A stretch of 64,000 bases of DNA, taken from positions 419-64,418 of the forward strand of contig JBGUQI010000019.1 in assembly GCA_045130875.1 (NCBI GenBank). Reading direction: 5' to 3'. The translations under genes and the position numbers were made by a program. Below are positions 1 through 10,558 of this stretch, piece after piece. The DNA comes from Bacilli bacterium. Lineage in GTDB: Bacteria > Bacillota_I > Bacilli_A > RFN20 > CAG-826. The notes below the pieces were generated by a model. The model ran no database searches and was not told the DNA's origin. It saw nothing but the letters and a program-made list of their open reading frames with translations. The stretch's first letter is position 1, and each line of letters opens with the position of its first letter.

Positions 1-445
1 GGAATGTTAAAACGATTTCTGCTAAGAAGGCTAAACCTAAACCAGCAAATTTCGCAGCATCACCTTCAATTTTGGCATTTGCAACAACTTCCATAATTGG
101 AGCTTGGACAGCATTTGCGCCTGTTCCTCTTGAGACACCTAAGAAGATTAAGGCTAAGATACCGCTACCAACAAAGGCACCCAAAATTTGTGCTAAGCAA
201 TAAAGAGCAAATTCTTTCCAGGAAATGTCACCACGAATAGCCATAGCTAAAGAAACGGCTGGGTTAGCATGTCCACCAGAAACTTGGCCAACGGTATAAG
301 CTAAAATAATGATAGAAATACCGAATGCAGCAGCGGTTGCGACGATACCACCTGTATCTCCGCATCCAACACCGATTGCGACGCCACAACCAACGATGAC
401 TAAAATCATGGTAGCAACAAATTCAGCAGCTAATTTTTTGAACAT
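1..445 (-). CDS. MIP family aquaporin (partial, runs off window start)
   Basis: Not in the ORF track. Manual translation MFKKLAAEFVATMILVIVGCG...SGGHANPAVSLAM...AQILGA shows the AEF, SGxHxNPAVS (first NPA box) and AQxLGA MIP motifs. SD aaaggag lies upstream. Confidence 0.93.
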   Translation of the reverse strand, partial: MFKKLAAEFVATMILVIVGCGVAIGVGCGDTGGIVATAAAFGISIIILAYTVGQVSGGHANPAVSLAMAIRGDISWKEFALYCLAQILGAFVGSGILALIFLGVSRGTGANAVQAPIMEVVANAKIEGDAAKFAGLGLAFLAEIVLTF

Positions 446-497
446 ATAAAATTCTCCTTTCGTAAAAATTATACCACTCATTAATTTCATTGAGTAT

Positions 498-526
498 AAA
501 AAATAGAGAGCAAGCTCTCTACTTTA
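498..526 (-). terminator. Intrinsic terminator after rubredoxin
   Basis: Stem tagagag-N4-ctctcta followed by a T-run on the minus strand. Confidence 0.7.
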
Positions 527-528
527 TA

Positions 529-666
529 TTAATCTAATTTGACAAATAAGTCTTTTCCAACACCGCAAACTGGGCAAATGAAGTCATCTGGTAATTCGTC
601 TTCTTCGGTTTCATAGACGTAACCACAGATTGTGCATTGGAAATGATGTAATTTCTTTTCTTCCAT
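529..666 (-). CDS. Rubredoxin (45 aa)
   Basis: Manual translation [45 protein letters not shown] has two CxxCG knuckles and LPDDFxCPxCG. SD ggagg upstream. Below the ORF-track size cutoff. Confidence 0.93.
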   Translation of the reverse strand: MEEKKLHHFQCTICGYVYETEEDELPDDFICPVCGVGKDLFVKLD

Positions 667-680
667 TAGAGCGTCCTCCA

Positions 681-1817
681 CTATTTATGATCGTAATATA
701 TTTTAAAATATATTTTTTGGTAATTAGATAAGCTGATAACACTACCGCCTTCATCGACTTCTGTGGGAGTATCATCATATGATTTAGTGCCTTCTTTTTG
801 ACCAAAGGTCTTTAGGTACCAATCATTTATTTGATTTCCTAGATCATATAAGAACATTTTACCTTTCCAGTGATCATAAATATATTGATAATTTTTATAA
901 ATTTTATCGCTTAGTTGATTTTTGAGATTTTTGTAATCATCTGGATTATTAGTATAGGATGCGATTGCGAGAATTCTTTCAAAAGTATTCAAATACCCAG
1001 AATATCTTAATATCGGATTATCACTAGTTAAGCAAATATAGGTGGCCACTAACTGAGCGTCATCTTCTCTCATTACGCCCTTGCTATGTGCGAGCTCATG
1101 AGCGATATAGAAAGGTAATTCCGCATTCGTGGAATAGGTGTTGTAATTTGCCTCACCCAAAACTCCGAAGAACATACCGACAATACCAACTGAAGTAAAT
1201 AATCCAGAGGTTCCTAAAGCTTTAGCTTTTCCGGTATATGAACTATAGTATTGGTCGTTTAATCGATCATATTCTAATCTAATTTCTTCAATTAAATGGT
1301 TCTTACCATATGGAAGAACGATTTCGTCTTTTTCATCAAACTTAATCTGCTCCGCACAAGAATTATAGTCTTCCACAAAATAAGTCGCGATATCTAAGAA
1401 ATCTTCTTTTTTAATTTCTCCATCGTATCTATCAAGCACAAGAGGGGCACGACCATAGGCGATTCCGGATGTTGCAGTATACATAGTCACTGTGCCTGTA
1501 AATACTAAAACAATCATCATCACGCGATGGATGAAATCCCAATACTTCTTATTTCCTAATAAAGAGAAGCCCCAAGCTAAATAAACAATTAAGGAGATAA
1601 CTACAATAAAGAAACTCACTTCAGTAAAACTGAAGTCCATTGTTTCATTAAAACGACCAAAGGCCATGATATAACCACGAGCAAATGTTCTAGTCCATAA
1701 TTCCGCCAACGCAGGAATATGCTTAATCACTAAAAGAAGTGCAAAAGCGACTATCATGATTAATAAAACTGTGCACATTATTAAAAACGGAATATGTTTT
1801 CTAATAAAATTGACCAT
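681..1817 (-). CDS. DUF3810-like membrane-anchored putative zinc metallopeptidase
   Basis: N-terminal TM helices, then [13 protein letters not shown] and HELAHxxGxxRED (HExxH...E). Start moved to ATG 1817 (MVNF), 6 nt after a TACACT -10 box. Confidence 0.75.
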   Translation of the reverse strand: MVNFIRKHIPFLIMCTVLLIMIVAFALLLVIKHIPALAELWTRTFARGYIMAFGRFNETMDFSFTEVSFFIVVISLIVYLAWGFSLLGNKKYWDFIHRVMMIVLVFTGTVTMYTATSGIAYGRAPLVLDRYDGEIKKEDFLDIATYFVEDYNSCAEQIKFDEKDEIVLPYGKNHLIEEIRLEYDRLNDQYYSSYTGKAKALGTSGLFTSVGIVGMFFGVLGEANYNTYSTNAELPFYIAHELAHSKGVMREDDAQLVATYICLTSDNPILRYSGYLNTFERILAIASYTNNPDDYKNLKNQLSDKIYKNYQYIYDHWKGKMFLYDLGNQINDWYLKTFGQKEGTKSYDDTPTEVDEGGSVISLSNYQKIYFKIYYDHK

Positions 1818-1862
1818 GACATAAGTGTAAATGAAAAAGAAAAACAAATAAATAAATATTTA

Positions 1863-1897
1863 TTGAGATATCATTTAGTATTGTCTAATCTAAATAT
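1863..1897 (+). promoter_or_regulatory. Sigma-A promoter, leaderless, for nucleoside hydrolase
   Basis: TTGAGA(1863-1868)-N17-TAATCT(1886-1891)-N6-ATG(1898). No SD. Confidence 0.6.
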
Positions 1898-2821
1898 ATG
1901 AAAAAGAATATCATCCTTGATTGTGACCCTGGACACGATGATGCTATCGCCATCCTTTTAGCAGGCTCCAATCCCAACATTAATCTACTAGGTATCAGTG
2001 TTGCTGCTGGTAACCAAACTATTGAAAAAACCGCGAAAAACGCTGCAAATGTAGCAAATTATTTAGGAATTAATGTTCCAATCGCTATTGGTTCAGAACT
2101 TCCTTTAGTGAGGGAAAGAATCATCTGCAGTGAAGTTCATGGAGAAACCGGTCTCGATGGATTTGACTTCCCAAAACATAATATAGTCTACGATAAGAGA
2201 AACGGTCCTCAACTCATCATCGACTCAGTGATGAATAATGACAATGTCACAATCGTAGCCACAGGTCCATTAACCAATGTTGCCTTAGCCCTTCGCATGG
2301 AACCAAAACTTTTGAAGAAGACTAAAGAGATTGTTATCATGGGCGGTTCCATTGATCATGGCAACACATCTCCCGCTGCGGAATTCAATATCATGTGTGA
2401 CCCTGAAGCAGCGTATATCGTCTTCACATCCGGTATTCCAGTGAAAATGGTCGGATTAAATGTAACGAGAAAAATCTTAGTTACTGAAGAAGTCATTCAA
2501 AGAACGGAAAAGATAAATAACAAGGTAAGTGACATGTTCGTTAAGCTCATGAGAGTGTTTAATGAAAATCAAAGAAAGACCTTTGGTCTAGAAGCTGGAC
2601 CACTTCATGATCCTGCTACAATCGCATCCTTAATTGATGACAAATTAATTACCTTCCAATCCATGAATGTCACTATCGACATCTCTCATGGTCCAAGTTA
2701 TGGAAGAACGAACTGTGATGTCTTTGATTATCTACATCTTCCACATAACTCTGAAGTTGCAATGGATATAGACGTAAAAAGATATTGGGATATCATCGAA
2801 ACTGAAATCAAAAGGTATTAA
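1898..2821 (+). CDS. Inosine/uridine-preferring ribonucleoside hydrolase (Rih family)
   Basis: DCDPGHDDAIA, VHGETGLDG, TGPLTN, AEFNIxxDPEAA and LHDP motifs. Confidence 0.95.
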   Translation: MKKNIILDCDPGHDDAIAILLAGSNPNINLLGISVAAGNQTIEKTAKNAANVANYLGINVPIAIGSELPLVRERIICSEVHGETGLDGFDFPKHNIVYDKRNGPQLIIDSVMNNDNVTIVATGPLTNVALALRMEPKLLKKTKEIVIMGGSIDHGNTSPAAEFNIMCDPEAAYIVFTSGIPVKMVGLNVTRKILVTEEVIQRTEKINNKVSDMFVKLMRVFNENQRKTFGLEAGPLHDPATIASLIDDKLITFQSMNVTIDISHGPSYGRTNCDVFDYLHLPHNSEVAMDIDVKRYWDIIETEIKRY

Positions 2822-2849
2822 AAAAGACTCTTATGAGTCTTCTTTTTTT
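2820..2849. terminator. Bidirectional intrinsic terminator
   Basis: aaaaaagactc-ttat-gagtcttctttttt between convergent genes, overlapping the 2831 stop codon. Confidence 0.6.
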
Positions 2850-3622
2850 GCTTCTTCTTTAAACAAGAATATCTGTTTGAACGTCTTCTTATAGACAAAT
2901 TTCTCCATGATGAAGGTGAATATGAAATCAGCAAGGAATAATCCAAGGAACATGTGATACCACATGAATCCCGCTAAATCGGTTTCAATAGCCATCGCTT
3001 CAGCGTAATGGAGAGCTTGTAATTCAAATAAACCTAAGGCAAGGATAATCAATTCCATAACTGGTAACTGCCAAATCTTTTTCATTGATGGTTTAATGAA
3101 ACCAGTTAATAACATCAATAAGACAATCCACATCGATAAGACATGATGGAGAATACCGCTCCAAGTTCTGAGTTCCCAGAAGCCTTGGTTTCCTAAATAA
3201 GTAGGAATAAAGATATTCACGATACCACCCATGATAGCGATAGGATATAAAGAATGGACTAAGAAGTTATCTTTCTTTAAGAAAGAACCAACTGGTAAAA
3301 CTAATGAAGAGAATGAGCAAATGGTAAATGGTAACCACACCATCGCCCAAGTATAAGGTGTTTCTTTTCCAAACACCATCACCACATCTTTTTCGATTTC
3401 CACATCATATCTCACCACATCGATGTGATTGGCGATGATCATAACAAATAAAGCGATTGAAGCGCCTCTAATAATCCAAAGCAAAGCTTTTTCGCTTTTG
3501 ACAAATTTCTTAATCAAAAATAAGCTAACCGGAAGAATGGTTAAGCATAGAGCAATAATTATAAAATGTGGCCAAGTCCATAATTCAATTGTGGGACTGG
3601 GAACATAATCAAAAACACGCAT
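2831..3622 (-). CDS. YwaF/TMEM164-like integral membrane protein (putative acyltransferase)
   Basis: About 7 TM segments, HFII at the N-terminus, LPFTICS (LPxxxC) and a later ILHH His, matching the YwaF/TMEM164 Cys/His pattern. Confidence 0.65.
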   Translation of the reverse strand: MRVFDYVPSPTIELWTWPHFIIIALCLTILPVSLFLIKKFVKSEKALLWIIRGASIALFVMIIANHIDVVRYDVEIEKDVVMVFGKETPYTWAMVWLPFTICSFSSLVLPVGSFLKKDNFLVHSLYPIAIMGGIVNIFIPTYLGNQGFWELRTWSGILHHVLSMWIVLLMLLTGFIKPSMKKIWQLPVMELIILALGLFELQALHYAEAMAIETDLAGFMWYHMFLGLFLADFIFTFIMEKFVYKKTFKQIFLFKEEAKKEDS

Positions 3623-3665
3623 GAGAATATTATATAGAAAGATATGGAAAAAATGAAAAGTAAAG

Positions 3666-6269
3666 TTAAATCGCTCTTAAAGCTTTAGAGGGTTTCGCTC
3701 TTGTGGCTAATAAAGCGGGGAAGAATGTTGAAGCGATAGCGATTAAGACAGATACTAAGGCAACAACGATAGCGGCCCACCAATGGAGAACAGCAAAGTT
3801 AGAGATAACTGCTGCAGTGACAGCGTGCTCAATAAATAAGTTCATTATCGGTATAATCGCATAGGCCAGTCCTATACCTAATAAACCAGAAAATAGACCA
3901 ATAAATCCTTGTTCTGCAAAGAAAACAGCTCTGACATAAGATGATTTTGCGCCTAATGAACGATATAAACCAATCTCTCTAGTACGAGAGTTAATCTCTA
4001 AAATTGCGAGTAATGAAGTAACCATTAAATTGGAGAAAATCACCATCGCGATAACCACCATCAAAACGGTTACTAAAATGCCGACATATTTACCAACCAA
4101 ATCCACGATCATGCCACCGATATCGGTATAGTGAATTTGATACATTTCATCTAAACCTTCATTCCAGCTATCTAAGACTTTAACTGCTCTTTCTTTCATC
4201 TTGAAATCTTTAGCGATAACTTCCATTGAATAGATGGAATCATCAACACCATAGGTCTTTCTCGCTAAAAGATATTCATATGTCGCCGCCATATCAGCGT
4301 CGCTAGAATTAAGAATCTTAGAAGCTGAATCGATGATGTTATAAGCAACAGGAACTTGAATGATATTCGCTTTACGACGATCAAAGGATAAATGTTGAGA
4401 ATATTCTTCACAGAATTCTGTGGCCATATTCTCTTCTAAGAATAAATCATTATATGCTTTACTATAGTAAAATCCTCTTTGTAGATAAGGGAACATCTCT
4501 TCTTTTTTAGGATGGATGATGCCACATACCACCATTTCATGACCGACACTATCATCATTAAATAATGCTCCTAAGTCATAACGAGGTGAGAAATAATTGA
4601 GTTTTCTGGTGCTCTGTTCCGCTTCAAAATAATTGGTTTCAATTTCCGATAAGAGGTCATTCATCTTATCGATATTCACCTGTGTGCCAGCATCGTAATA
4701 TGTAAGTGCTTGTAATAATAAGGATTGGATTTGATCAGCTTGTAAACCAGCCTCTGCTAATTCTTCTCTAGATTTAATGAATTTTGCAGTGACATCTGTG
4801 GTGCCATATTTCTTTAGATAATATTCATCATTATTAATGAATTTAAATTTCTTATTCATCAATTCTTGATAACTGATTTTATCTCCACGTAAGCCTAATA
4901 AATCCAACATATAGGCAGGGAAGGAATCATGGTTATCTAAAACCGCAATAACTTCGTTATCAGCTTGAGGTAAATGACCAGCAACTAGATCATAGGTTTC
5001 ATTTAAAATATCTTCGCTACCCACTAAAGGTTTAAAGTAATTTGCGGGAGTTCTCCATAAGGATTCAAATCCAATGAAGGAAGTAATTTCTGAAGCTTCA
5101 AAGACAGAAATCTCATTGTTTTCCCCTTGTAATAAAATTGTGGGGGCTAAACCTTTTCTTAAAACTAAACAATCTTCATCGACGTTGTTTTCCGCAAAAC
5201 CTTTTTTCACGTAATCGACATAATCGGAAGTTATGGAATTCACATATGTTGTGGAATCGTCATCATCAATACGATGGACATTGCCATCGTTAGGATATAG
5301 AGCATATCCACCGGACATAAAACTATCGCCCGAACCATAGTTGATATTACTAACGGTTAATGGATAGGTTCTTAAAGCATCTCTTTGCGCTCTTTGAGAG
5401 AAGTTATTTGCACCGACATAAATCGCGGATGCAATGGCGATACCAATAATACCTAAAGTATTAATAGAACTTAAGAATACATATCTACCTTTCTTATTAG
5501 CGATACGTTTTAACGCTAATGGGAAGATAGAAAGAATTCTTCTCTCACTCTTTTTAGGTTTTAATTTCTTAGTATTCTTCGCGAAGGCATTTTCGGAATC
5601 ATAGAAGACATATCCATCATGGAATCTAATGATACGATCGCTATATTTTTCCACTAGTGATTCATTATGAGAAACCATCACCACTAATTTGGTTTTGGAT
5701 AGTTTCTTTAAAGCACGCATGACTTCATCAGCGTTCTCATCATCTAAGGCGCCTGTGGGTTCATCAGCAAGAATGATATCAGGGTCATTAGCTAATGCTC
5801 TAGCAATAGCGACTCTTTCTTTTTCGCCGCCAGATAAAGAAGAGGGGAATTGTTTCTTTAATTTAGTGATATTGAAATCACTCATCAACTTCTCGATGCG
5901 CTTATCTTCTTTGTCTTTACTAAGTGTGGAACCTAGATCAAAAGCAAGCTTGATGTTGTCCCAAACATTTAAGTGTCTAATCAAGTTATATTCTTGGTAG
6001 ATGTAACCAATTCTTAAATGTCTAAATTCATCCTTTGTCTTCTCGTTGAATGTCGTAGAATCGACATCATCGAAATATAGTTTTCCTTCATCGGGACTCT
6101 CCAATAAAGAAAGGATGTTTAAAAAAGTAGTTTTACCACATCCAGAAGGACCGAGGATAGAAACAAACCCTGTATCAGGTAAAACTAAATCAATGCCTTT
6201 TAAGATATAACGGCTTCTCTTACCATTTTCGGTAAAAAACTTCTTTTTAATGCCTTCAAGCCTAATCAT
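3666..6269 (-). CDS. MacB/FtsX-type ABC transporter, fused ATPase-permease
   Basis: Walker A GPSGCGKT, LSGGEKER signature, ILADEPTGALD, one TM plus a large extracellular loop, and C-terminal FtsX motif RTREIGLYRSLGA with 3 TM. Confidence 0.93.
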   Translation of the reverse strand: MIRLEGIKKKFFTENGKRSRYILKGIDLVLPDTGFVSILGPSGCGKTTFLNILSLLESPDEGKLYFDDVDSTTFNEKTKDEFRHLRIGYIYQEYNLIRHLNVWDNIKLAFDLGSTLSKDKEDKRIEKLMSDFNITKLKKQFPSSLSGGEKERVAIARALANDPDIILADEPTGALDDENADEVMRALKKLSKTKLVVMVSHNESLVEKYSDRIIRFHDGYVFYDSENAFAKNTKKLKPKKSERRILSIFPLALKRIANKKGRYVFLSSINTLGIIGIAIASAIYVGANNFSQRAQRDALRTYPLTVSNINYGSGDSFMSGGYALYPNDGNVHRIDDDDSTTYVNSITSDYVDYVKKGFAENNVDEDCLVLRKGLAPTILLQGENNEISVFEASEITSFIGFESLWRTPANYFKPLVGSEDILNETYDLVAGHLPQADNEVIAVLDNHDSFPAYMLDLLGLRGDKISYQELMNKKFKFINNDEYYLKKYGTTDVTAKFIKSREELAEAGLQADQIQSLLLQALTYYDAGTQVNIDKMNDLLSEIETNYFEAEQSTRKLNYFSPRYDLGALFNDDSVGHEMVVCGIIHPKKEEMFPYLQRGFYYSKAYNDLFLEENMATEFCEEYSQHLSFDRRKANIIQVPVAYNIIDSASKILNSSDADMAATYEYLLARKTYGVDDSIYSMEVIAKDFKMKERAVKVLDSWNEGLDEMYQIHYTDIGGMIVDLVGKYVGILVTVLMVVIAMVIFSNLMVTSLLAILEINSRTREIGLYRSLGAKSSYVRAVFFAEQGFIGLFSGLLGIGLAYAIIPIMNLFIEHAVTAAVISNFAVLHWWAAIVVALVSVLIAIASTFFPALLATRAKPSKALRAI

Positions 6270-6527
6270 ATATTAAATAATATACCATAGGATTAATGAA
6301 AATAGCACTCACTAATCTCGTTAATGTTTTTTATCGCCAAAAACAACTTTTTTTCAAGATATTTTTGATGGGTAAAATCCGCAATAACTTTGCAAAAAGC
6401 CACTATTATTAAAGAGATTAAAAATGCAGAAATCTCATTTCTTATTTCACATATAAATATGTAATAGACAAAAATAATCAAAACATTTACACTTATGTCG
6501 TTAACCTTATATATAAGGAGGATACAT

Positions 6528-8765
6528 ATGAAACAATCTTGGATTACAAGACTTGCTCTTATTGGCTTTTCCGCGTTTTTAGTAACCGGATGCTATAATG
6601 GCTGGTCTAATGAAGGTCAAGGTAAATCATCCGCTGCTCCAGACACATCCGAATCTCAAAGCAGTGAACCAGACCTTCCACCACTTCCTGAAGAAGATTT
6701 AGGCGTCGATTTGACCTATCCTTTTAGAGGCGGTCAACGTAACCCCATTACCGATGAACAATTCATGAACATCGGTCTTAATGCGACAGGTGCGACAAGC
6801 TTCTACGATTCCTTTAAAAACTTCTTTGGTACTTATTTGTACAGACATTTCTTAGCCACCAACCACTTCACCGAAGATGAAATGGCGAAGACTATGGCCT
6901 TTGTCCAAGCCTTCTTTGGCATTGATGAAGATAATGTCACTTCCAAAAACTACTATAACTGGTTCTATTATGTTGCCGAAATCGACACCGACCACTTATT
7001 AGCCACATGCCGTGAAATCGTTAACGATCCTCGCGCTCGTGGTGAATTTATGGTGATGTTCAATAACGACTTCTCATCCAGATATATCGAGGCTAATGAT
7101 ATTCTCAATGGTTCCAACCCCGACATCAAACAGATGGCCGATCAAGAAAAAGCCATCTTAGAGACTTCTCCTGAATTCTTAGTGGAATCAGCTGTCGGTG
7201 TTCACATGATTGACTTAGTCTCTCTTGAAAACTCTGAAGTTATCTTAAGATTCTTACACAGATTCTTCAGATGTATGATTATCAACCTCACCATCGAAGA
7301 AATCGGATTCACCGTTGCGCAAATCGGTATGCCAATCGTGGATTTTGAAGACTGTGCAGATTATGTCAATGAACATCTACTCCAATATATCAACCACATT
7401 GGTGATATGTTCTCTATGCTCAACATCTCTTCTGAGACATATAGAAAATGTTACCCATTCTTTGAAGTCTTCTTAGAATTAGTGTACTTAACCGATTCCG
7501 ATGACTTTGATCCATTGGATTATGGCTTTGTTTCTAAATATCAAGAAATCTTTGCTTCCTTATTTGAAACACTTGATCCAGAAGGATTCAGAGCCTTAAT
7601 TAAATTCATCGGCTTTGTCGGTGTCAACTTCACAGAAGAACACCTCTGCTGTTTATTAGGTATGGAATACGGAGAAGGCGAAAGCGCTGAAGTTCCATCC
7701 TATGAATGCATCCTTGATTTATATAACGAACAATATGGTTTATTAACTTCGTCTGAAAAGTCCGGTATGAGAGCGGCAGCGGCCTCTTTCGGTATCGACT
7801 TTGACGAATTAATCACAAGATTAACCGAAGCTTGCGAAGAACAAATTCATGGCCATGACGGCGAAGAACCCAGTGGTTTAATGAGAGAATCTGATGATGA
7901 TGACGAAGGTTCATTCGAAAGAACCGTCGGCGAAATTCTCGATGAATTAGTGACCGCACAAGTGTATGAAAAATTCTACATCGGTGAACCTGACATCGAA
8001 GGCTATGCCTCTGACGAATTAGTCCTCATGTTAAGAAAAGGTACCCAATTCTCCACCGCTGAATTAACTGCTTTCTTAAAAGATTCAAGAAGCTTCCGTG
8101 TCCGTCACCGTGGTGAAATCACCATGAGAGATAGTGACTATGGCTTTGTCTTTGAAGAAAGAGATCAATCCAATAGAACCAATATCACTATTGAAGAGCC
8201 ATTTGATACCGCAACATGTGGTTTGAAATTCGCTCACATCACCTATGATGGATTGTTCTATAACTATAGAGACAGCACTGAAAAGACACTCCATGTTAAT
8301 GCTTATGTCCCATATTATGTCATCGCGGATAACGTCAGTGTTCTCGTCACCAATATCGAATGTGAAATCAAACTCAATAACGCTTGGGTGAGAAATGGTT
8401 GTGTCTATGAAGATAGCAATCACGCGAAAGCCACAAGCTTCTTTGAATTACCACAACTTCAAAAAGATGCTAACTATGCAGAAGGTGAATTCGTCAGTGA
8501 TATTTATCTCTCTGATGTTTACTTCTATAACACAGACTTAAAAGTCTTTGAACGTGCTTATAAACACGACAACGAAATTGTTTATAATAACGTCAACATG
8601 AGTGCTTTAGATGTCTCCACAGTTGGAAAGCACATCCACCCAATCACTGCCACAATTCAAAAGAACAACCAAGTGATTAGAACAGTCACCATCTTCTTCG
8701 CTTACGAAGTAAGAGAAGTCTTCCCTGAACACTATGATGTTGACCATATCACACCTGTTGAATAA
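6528..8765 (+). CDS. Hypothetical lipoprotein (acidic; possible C-terminal Ig-like domains)
   Basis: SD aaggagg before ATG 6528. Lipobox LVTG-C and a Ser/Pro/Glu tether. Two FDTATCG/LDVSTVG motifs resemble Big_3-type Ig folds. Confidence 0.75.
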   Translation: MKQSWITRLALIGFSAFLVTGCYNGWSNEGQGKSSAAPDTSESQSSEPDLPPLPEEDLGVDLTYPFRGGQRNPITDEQFMNIGLNATGATSFYDSFKNFFGTYLYRHFLATNHFTEDEMAKTMAFVQAFFGIDEDNVTSKNYYNWFYYVAEIDTDHLLATCREIVNDPRARGEFMVMFNNDFSSRYIEANDILNGSNPDIKQMADQEKAILETSPEFLVESAVGVHMIDLVSLENSEVILRFLHRFFRCMIINLTIEEIGFTVAQIGMPIVDFEDCADYVNEHLLQYINHIGDMFSMLNISSETYRKCYPFFEVFLELVYLTDSDDFDPLDYGFVSKYQEIFASLFETLDPEGFRALIKFIGFVGVNFTEEHLCCLLGMEYGEGESAEVPSYECILDLYNEQYGLLTSSEKSGMRAAAASFGIDFDELITRLTEACEEQIHGHDGEEPSGLMRESDDDDEGSFERTVGEILDELVTAQVYEKFYIGEPDIEGYASDELVLMLRKGTQFSTAELTAFLKDSRSFRVRHRGEITMRDSDYGFVFEERDQSNRTNITIEEPFDTATCGLKFAHITYDGLFYNYRDSTEKTLHVNAYVPYYVIADNVSVLVTNIECEIKLNNAWVRNGCVYEDSNHAKATSFFELPQLQKDANYAEGEFVSDIYLSDVYFYNTDLKVFERAYKHDNEIVYNNVNMSALDVSTVGKHIHPITATIQKNNQVIRTVTIFFAYEVREVFPEHYDVDHITPVE

Positions 8766-8779
8766 GGAGGAAAGTAGTT

Positions 8780-9946
8780 ATGAAAATCAATAAAGTTTTA
8801 TTAATCGCTCTTCCATTATTACTAGCCGCGACAGGCTGTAACAGCAGTCATGGTGGTTATCACTATGATTCCGAAGAAGAACATTCCACTACTTCAACCA
8901 GTTCAGAAGGTAGTTCTGAAAAGAAGAGCAGTGAAGAAGAACCACTTCCTTCTAAAACTCCTGAAGAATTAGAAGCGGAAGGCAGACAAGCTTTCGCTAC
9001 CGTTAGTAACTTATTAGCCACCACCGCTTATCGCTATAGTGGCGAAGGTTCTAACTCCTATGATGTCAGTGGTATCATCGACGTCGGTGTGAGATTAACC
9101 GGTAGATACGATTCCAAACGTGATAGAAGTTATTATTATGGCTATTTTGCCAATAAAAATGGCGTTTTAGGTTTCAATGGTAGTTATGGTTATTGGGATT
9201 TCAAACCAAACGGTTATGCCCTTAAAACTAATAATTTAGAAGAATCCATCGCCTTTGTTGAAAACTTCATGCCCAGACTTGAATTAAAAGAAAATGAATG
9301 GACATATATCGGTAACACAAATGGTGTCTCCGTCTTCAAAACTGAATCTCTTTCTGTGAAGAGATATATCTCCTTCTTAGAGACAGGTGTCGAAGATGGT
9401 AGAGAATACACTGATATCTACGCCACCATCAATGCCAACGGCGACTATTTGCAAATCAACACTCAATCCACCATCCCTGAAATTTCTAATTTCATCGATT
9501 TCTACGGATTCGGTCGTTTGTGGGATGAAAAAGATGGCAGCTATCAACAACCAATCTATGAAGGTCTCTTCAATAAAGACTTCTCAGATAGCGGTTGGGA
9601 TTTCAGCTTCCAACTCAGCAATTTCGATAGCTACTACACCCCATTCCCCACATTTGGTGATAGATACTATTTCTTAGACTGGATTGGCGATCCCTATAGT
9701 TGGTCTCAAATTGGTCAAGTCTATCAAGACCTCAGAATTGGCTTCATCAACACTGGTAATAAGATCAGTGATTACGCCACCCAATTATTGGATTTCGGTT
9801 ATGAAGCTGATCCAGGTGAAACCACAAAATTCACCATGAGTAACCACCATGTCTCACTCACCTTTGTGACTCCAGAAGAAACTGGCCATGCGGATTTATA
9901 TCCTAACGGCATCTTCTATATCAACCACTACGCAATTGGTGTGTAA
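8780..9946 (+). CDS. Hypothetical lipoprotein
   Basis: SD aaggagg, lipobox AATG-C and an S/E-rich tether. Starts 14 bp after the upstream lipoprotein. Confidence 0.75.
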   Translation: MKINKVLLIALPLLLAATGCNSSHGGYHYDSEEEHSTTSTSSEGSSEKKSSEEEPLPSKTPEELEAEGRQAFATVSNLLATTAYRYSGEGSNSYDVSGIIDVGVRLTGRYDSKRDRSYYYGYFANKNGVLGFNGSYGYWDFKPNGYALKTNNLEESIAFVENFMPRLELKENEWTYIGNTNGVSVFKTESLSVKRYISFLETGVEDGREYTDIYATINANGDYLQINTQSTIPEISNFIDFYGFGRLWDEKDGSYQQPIYEGLFNKDFSDSGWDFSFQLSNFDSYYTPFPTFGDRYYFLDWIGDPYSWSQIGQVYQDLRIGFINTGNKISDYATQLLDFGYEADPGETTKFTMSNHHVSLTFVTPEETGHADLYPNGIFYINHYAIGV

Positions 9947-9963
9947 GATATAATCTTAAAAAT

Positions 9964-9989
9964 AAAAGCGAGGCTTCCCTCGCTTTTTT
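9964..9989. terminator. Bidirectional intrinsic terminator
   Basis: aaaagcgagg-cttc-cctcgctttttt between convergent genes. Confidence 0.8.
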
Positions 9990-10004
9990 CTTTATCTTTA
10001 TTAA

Positions 10005-10475
10005 CTACCAATTAATGGTAATCACTTCATTGACTAAGTCTAATACTTCCCTTGATGGTTCTTCGAATTTATGAACGAGATCGACAAGGATGTTATCAGG
10101 CACTCTAGCTTCATCCGGTCTTTCACTATTATATCTTTTGGATTTATCTAATGTTGTGGGGAATAAAACCAAAATCTTGTAATCATATTCAGGTGTGGTA
10201 GATAAATATTTATATCTCACTGTATTGACATCGTTTAAGGCATCTAAGATGACAGTTACATCATCACCCTTGTTCGCGTATTCGTGAATTCTCTTTTCAA
10301 AGAGTTCCCAAACTTCTTTTTGACGAGTGTGATCGTGATAGTTACCATGAGTCACTTCTAATCTCACTTCATCACTATTGATGATGTAGACATTATCATG
10401 CTCTTCTTGGTACATCTTCGCCCAAGTGGTTTTTCCCGCTGCCGGAACAGCGCTCAACATTATTAATGTTTTCAT
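10005..10475 (-). CDS. AAA_33/PNK-like P-loop kinase
   Basis: Walker A AVPAAGKTT, NSDEVR and ILDALNxxxxxR. SD aaggag. Confidence 0.8.
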   Translation of the reverse strand: MKTLIMLSAVPAAGKTTWAKMYQEEHDNVYIINSDEVRLEVTHGNYHDHTRQKEVWELFEKRIHEYANKGDDVTVILDALNDVNTVRYKYLSTTPEYDYKILVLFPTTLDKSKRYNSERPDEARVPDNILVDLVHKFEEPSREVLDLVNEVITINW

Positions 10476-10558
10476 GTGTTTCTCCTTAAGTGTCCAACCT
10501 TCAAAAGGGGATTTGACATTTTAATTATAAAGACATTTTTTGAAAAATAAATAACGCC

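Noticed and set aside
611-805. 64-aa ORF in the track
   Set aside because: It is an alternative frame overlapping the DUF3810-like gene end and the real rubredoxin, with no motifs.
6293-6481. 62-aa ORF in the divergent intergenic region
   Set aside because: Low-complexity AT-rich promoter region with no SD or recognisable motif.
10005-10475. P-loop kinase as zeta toxin or Pnkp-type defence/RNA repair component
   Set aside because: No antitoxin, phosphatase, ligase or Hen1 partner nearby. It is a stand-alone AAA_33-type kinase.
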